Positions 57,510 to 63,320 of a DNA stretch of 64,000 nucleotides are shown piece by piece (position 1 is the stretch's first letter; each line of letters opens with the position of its first letter). This stretch comes from a virus (Duplodnaviria > Caudoviricetes), in IMG/VR virus record IMGVR_UViG_3300000439_000015, positions 1 through 64,000 of that record. The stretch is one strand, 5' to 3'. Position numbers and translations under genes: made by a program. The notes below the pieces were generated by a model that was not told where the DNA came from, made no database searches, and saw nothing but the letters and a program-made list of their open reading frames with translations.

Positions 57510-57941
57510 TCACTTTGGCAGGTCAGCGTTGCCGTAGTGGTTTACCGCAGCCATTGTCTGGTTTACTGCCTTGGAAGCGTCTGTCGCTACGTTCTTGTTG
57601 CTGTAGTCCGCAACCTTGGCCCACGTCTTTTGAGCAGCGAGGTGCGCTTGGGCGAGGGCGTTCAGGTTGCCAGCAACGTCTTTGTAGCCAGTTTCGTTTC
57701 GTGCTGCCATTGCTTTGGCTGCTTCACCACGGTGGTACTCCGCCATGCCCAAAGCGTCTGCACGGTTTGGTGCACCGCCAATACGGTCACTGCCAACTTT
57801 GGCTGCTCGTCGCACAATGTTGTCCGTTCTGCCCGAAGTGAACTGGTTGCCGTGAAAGGGGTGACCATCAACGTCGCCTTTAGCCACGGGGTAGCGAGAG
57901 AGTGACTTGAGTAGTTCGTCGGTGTGGAAGCCAGATGACAC
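57510..57941 (-). CDS. GNQ-tag family protein
   Basis: MSSGFHTDELL...YPVAKGDVDGHPFHGNQF; RBS AAGGAG. Confidence 0.75.
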   Translation of the reverse strand: MSSGFHTDELLKSLSRYPVAKGDVDGHPFHGNQFTSGRTDNIVRRAAKVGSDRIGGAPNRADALGMAEYHRGEAAKAMAARNETGYKDVAGNLNALAQAHLAAQKTWAKVADYSNKNVATDASKAVNQTMAAVNHYGNADLPK

Positions 57942-58014
57942 GAGGTTCTCCTTGTAGGGATTTCTACCTCAGATACTACGCCACGATTTCCTAAACCGAT
58001 GTTCCAAAACCCCA

Positions 58015-58043
58015 TTGACGGTGGTGATAAACGGTGCTAGACT
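58015..58043 (+). promoter_or_regulatory. Promoter of the small antisense RNA
   Basis: TTGACG-17-TAGACT with extended TG. Confidence 0.75.
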
Positions 58044-58049
58044 TCGCCC

Positions 58050-58128
58050 GACTGACTTGGGGGCGCTGGACACAACGCCAAGTACATTCACACCGACCCC
58101 TGCCGAAAGGTGGGGGATTCGGTTTATT
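58050..58128 (+). ncRNA. Putative ~79 nt trans-acting antisense sRNA
   Basis: Own promoter; 5' hairpin ACTTGG/CCAAGT with loop CTGGACACAA; 3' GAAA-loop terminator (G.U pairs favour the plus strand) plus TTTATT; 14-nt identity to 59987-60000. Confidence 0.65.
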
Positions 58129-58621
58129 GGGGCCTGTTTGCGTCCCAAAGTGAGGTGAAATGGCCTCGCTCCGCTTCGCCAATGTGCTCCAAGAGCAGGT
58201 ATCCATCGAGATGGTCTGTCTCGTGCTGAAAGATGCGAGCGAGCAATCCTTCCCCGTCAATCCTGTACTGGTTCCCGTCAAGGTCAAGGGCCGTCAAGGT
58301 CGCTTTGTACGAGCGGCTGATTTGCCACCCGAACTTGGGCACCGACAAGCATCCTTCGGGCGTGACCTCGATGTCAAGGGGGTCAGTGAAAACCTCTGGG
58401 TTGATGGCGACGTGAGCGCCCGTGCCGTCGCCGCTGTCCCAAACGAACATGCGGTGCGAGTAGCCGATTTGGTTGGCGGCAAGCCCAACACCGAGGTGAA
58501 AGTACATGGCCTCAACCATCTCGGCGGCAATCATCTTGATGTTGTCTGTGATTTCACTGACCGAGGTCGTGGGGGCTTCCAAAATGGGGTCGCCATAGAA
58601 ACGCAGGGCTGGGATGTTCAT
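58124..58621 (-). CDS. def: Peptide deformylase
   Basis: GVGLAANQIG, EGCLSV and QHETDHLDG motifs; start ATG 58621. Confidence 0.92.
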   Translation of the reverse strand: MNIPALRFYGDPILEAPTTSVSEITDNIKMIAAEMVEAMYFHLGVGLAANQIGYSHRMFVWDSGDGTGAHVAINPEVFTDPLDIEVTPEGCLSVPKFGWQISRSYKATLTALDLDGNQYRIDGEGLLARIFQHETDHLDGYLLLEHIGEAERGHFTSLWDANRPQ

Positions 58622-58884
58622 CGTGCGCCCATCTCTCTCTTTGCCTCTTCGAGCAGTTCGGCGGTGAAGTCCTCTGGCGACAGTTCGGTCTTGGCGTGGG
58701 CCATCAACTTGCCGCAAGCGATGCTGAACGCCCATGTGTACAGGCTGAGTTCCTCGTCGAGGTGCGTCAACTCCTTGCGGTAGCCGAGAACCATCTGGTC
58801 GTGCTTGGCAATCAGCCCTGCCGTCCCAGTGCGCATGGTAGCCAACTTCTCTTCGAGGTCGGCAATCTGCTCCGACTTACGCAC
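58618..58884 (-). CDS. Coiled-coil hypothetical protein
   Basis: 88 aa, overlaps both neighbours. Confidence 0.6.
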   Translation of the reverse strand: MRKSEQIADLEEKLATMRTGTAGLIAKHDQMVLGYRKELTHLDEELSLYTWAFSIACGKLMAHAKTELSPEDFTAELLEEAKREMGAR

Positions 58885-59029
58885 GGTACTTCTCTGGCAC
58901 TGGGCCTGTGTACGGAGCGCCGTTCAGGTCTGAGGTGAACGGGAAACGTGTCGAGCACTGCTGGCACATGACGTAGGTCTTAGCGCCTGCGTTCATCAGA
59001 ATCCACTTGTGGAAGGCGCAACTAGCCAT
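58877..59029 (-). CDS. Small Zn-ribbon protein (50 aa)
   Basis: MASCAFHKW...VMCQQCSTRF; manual translation; overlaps both neighbours. Confidence 0.55.
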   Translation of the reverse strand: MASCAFHKWILMNAGAKTYVMCQQCSTRFPFTSDLNGAPYTGPVPEKYRA

Positions 59030-59195
59030 GCTGAACCGTCATGACGTATTTGCTGGCGTTGGCGGTGAACGCCTGCGCCTCTTCCTTCGTGGCGAAGTCG
59101 GGCGATGTCATGACGGTGTAGTAGTAGCCATCACCACCTTGGTAGGTCTTGAAGAAGAACCCGTTGCCATTCCAAATCTCGACGACTTTACTCAT
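59022..59195 (-). CDS. Small hypothetical protein
   Basis: MSKVVEIWNGNGFFFKTY...FATKEEAQAF. Confidence 0.55.
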   Translation of the reverse strand: MSKVVEIWNGNGFFFKTYQGGDGYYYTVMTSPDFATKEEAQAFTANASKYVMTVQHG

Positions 59196-59398
59196 CAAAT
59201 AAACGCCTTCATGTCTTGCGCTTCTGCTTCCCATTGCTCTGGTGAACCGAGACGAACGACGTGCAAGCACACGTCCGTGCCGTTCTCCATGAGTTCTGAT
59301 TCGGTGTCGGTCAACTCCACGCCTGCGTGGGTTTCGCACACCTGCTGGGTGCAGAACTTGTTGTCAATGCCGTACTGAAGCCACTCATCAAAGGTCAT
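59195..59398 (-). CDS. Small hypothetical protein with Cys/His motif
   Basis: MTFDEWLQYGIDNKFC...VCETHAG...DVCLHVVRL. Confidence 0.65.
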   Translation of the reverse strand: MTFDEWLQYGIDNKFCTQQVCETHAGVELTDTESELMENGTDVCLHVVRLGSPEQWEAEAQDMKAFI

Positions 59399-59408
59399 GG
59401 CGTTCACC

Positions 59409-59942
59409 TTAGCAGCCGTCGGCGTTCCATTCTGGGTGGATTCCGCCATTACGGTTCCAATAGAAGGCGGCGACACGGAACTGGTCTGCGATGCTCGCAT
59501 CTTGGGCGTACTGGGCGGTGATGCCAAGGGCGTGAGCGCCGAACTGCCACGTTGGGGGCATGAACTGGAAGATGCCTGCTGCGCCTTCTGGGTTCACCTC
59601 ACGGTAGTTGTGGAAGTCCGTGGGGGTCGAGCGAGATTCACGCCACATGACGCAGGTGAAGGCCGCTCGGCTCGGTGGTGGGAGCAAGTCCGTGTAGCCA
59701 CCAGAGGGGGCTGTGTGGCTCGCTACGGGCTTTGGCTTGGCTTTGTGGTGAACCACAGGCTTGGCGACGTGAGCGTGCACCACGGGGCGGCTGTTGCCGT
59801 ACCAGAAGATGGTAATCATCTTGGGCGTAGTCGTCCGAGCGGCGAGGTGATAGGCCACCTTGGGCGCAGCGTGGAACGTTCCTACGACAAGGGAGACTAC
59901 GACTGTCAGTGCGAGGAAGCCACCTCGCACCGTGCCTAGCAC
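59409..59942 (-). CDS. Secreted/anchored Rpf-like lytic transglycosylase
   Basis: N-terminal hydrophobic helix, Pro/His/Lys linker, CVMWRES...AAGIFQFMPPTW...QDASIADQ...W...C lysozyme-like domain; start GTG 59942 inferred. Confidence 0.75.
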   Translation of the reverse strand: MLGTVRGGFLALTVVVSLVVGTFHAAPKVAYHLAARTTTPKMITIFWYGNSRPVVHAHVAKPVVHHKAKPKPVASHTAPSGGYTDLLPPPSRAAFTCVMWRESRSTPTDFHNYREVNPEGAAGIFQFMPPTWQFGAHALGITAQYAQDASIADQFRVAAFYWNRNGGIHPEWNADGC

Positions 59943-59995
59943 GAGCCTGCCTTGGTAGAGGGATAGAACGGTACCGCTATTGGGTTGCTGGACAC
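59936..59995 (-). CDS. Leader uORF (19 aa) overlapping the Rpf-like start
   Basis: AAGGAG-6 nt-GTG; MSSNPIAVPFYPSTKAGSC*; ends in GTGCTAG overlapping the Rpf GTG. Confidence 0.5.
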   Translation of the reverse strand: MSSNPIAVPFYPSTKAGSC

Positions 59996-60031
59996 AACGC
60001 ACTCCTTTGGTTGCCCATTGGGGGATGCACC

Positions 60032-60060
60032 AGTTTACCCGAATGTGACGGATAAGGCAA
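60032..60060 (-). promoter_or_regulatory. Promoter of the uORF-Rpf-def operon
   Basis: TTGCCT-17-TAAACT. Confidence 0.65.
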
Positions 60061-60137
60061 GTACTAAGCGATTTCCTTGCAAATAAAGGGTTTTGCCCAC
60101 ACCGTCGAGGTGATAGAAAAAAAACATGCAAAAAGAC

Positions 60138-60167
60138 TTGACAGATGTCACACGGGGGTGCCATACT
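60138..60167 (+). promoter_or_regulatory. TGTCAC-box promoter 5 (drives the large ncRNA)
   Basis: TTGACA-18-CATACT with TGTCACA at 60146-60152, then GGTTAGGTA as at 9169. Confidence 0.8.
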
Positions 60168-60173
60168 GGTTAG

Positions 60174-60504
60174 GTAAGAAAGCAGCAGTGCCGAGGTGCG
60201 CTTGTAAAGTCCCCACGAGAAAGTGGTCGAGCAAGCCGAAGGCCAGCCTGTGAGCCGTACCACCTGTTTGCGACACGGGCGCATTCAGTAAGGCCGTAGG
60301 GAGTTCGGAGCGAACTACGGCGAGGTGGGTACGGAACTCCTAGTGGGGGTGAGTGTTAGGCGTGAGGAAAAGCGCAAACCACCGAACCGCAAGGGGTAGG
60401 GTCGGGCGCTCGTTGGGAAACGGGTAGTCCGCCAGTGACATCAGTACGGAAAACCAAGGCTACCGAGTTAGAAGTCCCCTCAGCAAAGGCTGGGGGGATT
60501 TTCT
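60174..60504 (+). ncRNA. Putative large structured ncRNA (~330 nt), family unassigned
   Basis: Promoter plus terminator, no plausible ORF; nested long-range stems and GNRA loops (see findings). Confidence 0.7.
60472..60504 (+). terminator. Terminator of the large ncRNA (abuts the polyprotein stop)
   Basis: AAGTCCCCTCAGC-AAAG-GCTGGGGGGATT-TTCT. Confidence 0.7.
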
Positions 60505-62092
60505 ATTTGTAGACCTCGTTCAGCACTTGATAGTGGATTTGGCTTGCCTTGTCGTCGTCGCCTGCCTCGTGCGCCTCTTGCTCTTGGGCGAGCAGTTTGG
60601 CAGCCTTGTCGCTGAGGTGTTCTTCCTTGGGCTTCGTTGCCTTTTGGAACGGGAGCAGGGCGTACTTGGCCCAGATTTCGCCAGCGGTTTTGGAAACGTC
60701 GCCTTTTTGGACTGGGCTTTCCCAAACAACTGCGTCGGGGTTCCAGATTGAGTAGTTCGTGTGGTCTTTGGGCTGCGAAATGTCTTGTTGTGAAACTAGG
60801 GTCATCTTGCCATCTACGTTTGCGGTCTTTCCATCCTCTTCGTTGGTTAGGCCGCTTGTAAATAACTTCGCTCCATCTCTAAGTTTCCCACGGAGTACGG
60901 TTCCGCCCTCACCAGCGTAGGCACGAGCGACTTCTTCGCTATCGGTTGCGTAAACTGCTTTTCCGTCTAGACCGATTTCTTTCTTGCCGCTTAGGGTATC
61001 CGAGACTGCTTGCGAACTTCTTACGCCTCGATAAACGGTTACTCCACTTGCGTCAGTCGTTTCCCACTGATTTCCGTGAAAGACGTGGCCCTGAACGTCG
61101 CCCTTTTGGACGTGCCGCTCTACCATGGACTTCGCCCACGAGTAGCCAGCATCACCACCCCACGCATCCCACGCCACACGTCCGTGCGACGGGTATCCGT
61201 GTTCACCCTGACGGAAGCCTTCTGCCTTCTTGTCGGGCTGGTGACGGTCAAAATACGCCTTCATCCGCTTCAGAGTGTCCAGTGAAATCTGGTGCCCGTT
61301 ACCGAGGTCTGACGCACGCTTGCGCCCGACGTTGGTGAACCCTGAGCCAGCCTTGCCGTCGGCAATCCATTCCAATGCTCGCTTAGCGGCCTCTTGTACC
61401 CCCTGCGGCGGAGTGAACGTATCCTTCTTCACCGCAAAGTGGGCAGCGAGGGTTTGGAACACGTCAATAAGGCGGTTCAAGTTGTCAATCATCTGGGCGT
61501 ACTTGTCGTCCATGCCGAGTTGGTGAAACTCATCCTGTAGCGCCTCTAGACGGGGCCGTAAGCCTGCCAGCGTCTCCAAGGTCAGTCCTGCGTTCCAAAG
61601 GGCTGTGGCGACCTCTGGGGTGGCTTCACGGACACGAAAGTTGCAGAGAGCGTGGTCAATGCCGACTATTCCACCTTGGGCAAACATCAGGTTCTTGGGA
61701 CGACGGTCTGCGTTGGCGGTGATGTAGTCGAACAGGCGTAGGTTTCTGCCTTGGTTATCGTTTGGGTAGCAGTCCTCGCTGCCGAGTTCCAATCCTGACT
61801 TGCCGTCAATGTACGGCATAATCACCATCTTGGCATCGGTTCCCACAAAGCGGCAGTCACGGACGGGGGCGTTCATCGCCTCTCCGACACGGGCGGCGAG
61901 ATACTCCTGAGCGGCGAGTATTTCAGCACGGTACAAACGACCCGTCTTGTTGCCGTGCCAGTCCTTCATGTGCTTCTCGACCCCTTCGGAGCCATCAGCA
62001 AAGCGAACACGGAACATTCCGTCGTTCTGGTTGCCCTTCACAAACATGGGTTCACGAGACACGATGTCCGTGCTGGTGAACGGCACGAACAT
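60503..62092 (-). CDS. Multidomain GNQ-tag protein: HipA/PI3K-like kinase, conserved phage head domain, ART-like domain
   Basis: QEYLAARVG...FDYITANADRRPKN...GIDH; TPPQGVQEAAKRAL...GRVAWDAWGGDAG; VQKGDVQGHVFHGNQW then VYRG...GKAVYATDS...ARAYA...YSIWNPDAV. Confidence 0.75.
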   Translation of the reverse strand: MFVPFTSTDIVSREPMFVKGNQNDGMFRVRFADGSEGVEKHMKDWHGNKTGRLYRAEILAAQEYLAARVGEAMNAPVRDCRFVGTDAKMVIMPYIDGKSGLELGSEDCYPNDNQGRNLRLFDYITANADRRPKNLMFAQGGIVGIDHALCNFRVREATPEVATALWNAGLTLETLAGLRPRLEALQDEFHQLGMDDKYAQMIDNLNRLIDVFQTLAAHFAVKKDTFTPPQGVQEAAKRALEWIADGKAGSGFTNVGRKRASDLGNGHQISLDTLKRMKAYFDRHQPDKKAEGFRQGEHGYPSHGRVAWDAWGGDAGYSWAKSMVERHVQKGDVQGHVFHGNQWETTDASGVTVYRGVRSSQAVSDTLSGKKEIGLDGKAVYATDSEEVARAYAGEGGTVLRGKLRDGAKLFTSGLTNEEDGKTANVDGKMTLVSQQDISQPKDHTNYSIWNPDAVVWESPVQKGDVSKTAGEIWAKYALLPFQKATKPKEEHLSDKAAKLLAQEQEAHEAGDDDKASQIHYQVLNEVYK

Positions 62093-63073
62093 TTAGAAAC
62101 TCATTCCGTGACTTTGCCCGTAAGTAACTGCGCCCATTTGGAAACGGCTCATCATGTCGTTGTAATCGCTCGCACGACCCATCGAGGCGAATGTGTCTCT
62201 CAAACCAGACAGCGTGTTTGCCATGCCCATGATGTCGTTTCTGCTGGGGTTGCCAAGCAGTGAAAAGTTTGGCATGCCTGTCAAGCGACCCAACCTCGTG
62301 CCCACCGTGGCACCGTCGAAAGCCATGGCGTGGTCAATGCCGAGAATCGAACCGTCCTTTTGCACCCAGACGTTGCCTGGGTTCATGGCGTTTCGACCAC
62401 CAAACACGCCGTCGCCGTTGCCGATGAGTTCACCAAAGAAGCGCAACTGGTTCAAGCGATTGGCGTTGTCGGGGTTCAGACTGTGCAGGGCGCTGGGATT
62501 GTTTCCGCCATTCACACCGGCAATGTCGGCGGCAGGCTTGCCTTCAAGCCATGGTTGGACAATCTGGTTTTTGTTTCCAGCAACACCCTCGCAACAGCGG
62601 ATGGGCATGCCGAGGGCTTCGCCAACCTTAGATGACAAGATTTCGTTCTGCGCTTGGCGTGAGGCGGTCAAACCCTGAGCAGGGAACGGCTTGAAGTTCT
62701 TGATGGCTCCGACAGAACCGTCCTTCATCTCGACCTTTTGAAAGCCTTTGTTCATTGCTCCGCCCATGCGCATTACACCACCTAACGGCTTGTTGATTTC
62801 CGAAGTGTTCAACCCTACCGCTTTGCCCGTTGTCTTTAGGGGCGGCGCTGGCTTAGATGGTGCGGCGGCTGGTGCGGCGGCACGCCCAGCGGTTGGTCGG
62901 GGCGCACGGCCCACCCGTGGAATGGCTGGCTGAACAACACGAACTGCACGTCCACCGCCGTTTCCACCTGCACCGCCTCGGAAGTTGCCGTTCTCGTCAA
63001 GCCATTGGTTACCGTTGAACTTGTGGCCTGGCAACTCGTATTTCAGTACACGGAGAATCTGACGGAAGTCCAT
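62093..63073 (-). CDS. GNQ-tag protein with HipA/PI3K-like kinase domain
   Basis: VLKYELPGHKFNGNQW, Pro/Ala/Arg linker, QNEILSSKVGEALG...LIGNGD...PGNVW...GIDHAMAF. Confidence 0.75.
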   Translation of the reverse strand: MDFRQILRVLKYELPGHKFNGNQWLDENGNFRGGAGGNGGGRAVRVVQPAIPRVGRAPRPTAGRAAAPAAAPSKPAPPLKTTGKAVGLNTSEINKPLGGVMRMGGAMNKGFQKVEMKDGSVGAIKNFKPFPAQGLTASRQAQNEILSSKVGEALGMPIRCCEGVAGNKNQIVQPWLEGKPAADIAGVNGGNNPSALHSLNPDNANRLNQLRFFGELIGNGDGVFGGRNAMNPGNVWVQKDGSILGIDHAMAFDGATVGTRLGRLTGMPNFSLLGNPSRNDIMGMANTLSGLRDTFASMGRASDYNDMMSRFQMGAVTYGQSHGMSF

Positions 63074-63075
63074 GG

Positions 63076-63291
63076 TTACCCCTCTAGGAACGAAACGTAG
63101 GCACCGTTTGTCCAGTCCTTGCCGAGGTACGCAATGGTCTGCGCATCATCGGCACCCATCATCTTGCATGTGTCAACGAGGTTTTGGGCAACGCCCGTCA
63201 CCGAGGTGATTGAATCGCCATCGAACACGATTGTTCCGCTTGGAGCAGCATCGGGATTGTTGACGGGAACGAAGATGATTGTCTGTGCCAT
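63076..63291 (-). CDS. Small hypothetical protein (71 aa)
   Basis: ATG 63291 with TAAAGT 7 nt upstream; ends WTNGAYVSFLEG 2 nt before the kinase start. Confidence 0.65.
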   Translation of the reverse strand: MAQTIIFVPVNNPDAAPSGTIVFDGDSITSVTGVAQNLVDTCKMMGADDAQTIAYLGKDWTNGAYVSFLEG

Positions 63292-63320
63292 ACGACACAC
63301 TTTACTATGGGTTTGGTGAT

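Noticed and set aside
58050-58091. Solitary CRISPR-repeat mimic (ends in ACACAAC)
   Set aside because: The resemblance is limited to a few bases, and the exact 14-nt match to an internal start codon explains the sequence better. Could be revisited with a repeat database search.
57991-58287. 98-aa minus-strand ORF overlapping def
   Set aside because: It overlaps def out of frame and crosses the sRNA promoter and terminator; no RBS.
59996-60284. N-terminal extension of the Rpf-like ORF to 60284
   Set aside because: It runs through two divergent promoters and the ncRNA start; the TTGCCT/TAAACT promoter lies downstream of that codon.
60174-60504. Group II intron: the RNA contains GTGCG, GTAAAGTCCC and GAGCCGTAC...GTACGG, reminiscent of the 5' end, domain I and domain V
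   Set aside because: It interrupts no gene, has its own promoter and terminator, the DV-like stem is central with a large insert, and there is no RT ORF. Kept only as an unassigned ncRNA.
60174-60504. RNase P, tmRNA or Ms1 RNA
   Set aside because: GAGGAAAAG only partly resembles the RNase P GAGGAAAGUCC motif and the other conserved regions are missing; there are no tRNA-like ends or tag ORF; no resemblance to Ms1 that I can recognise.
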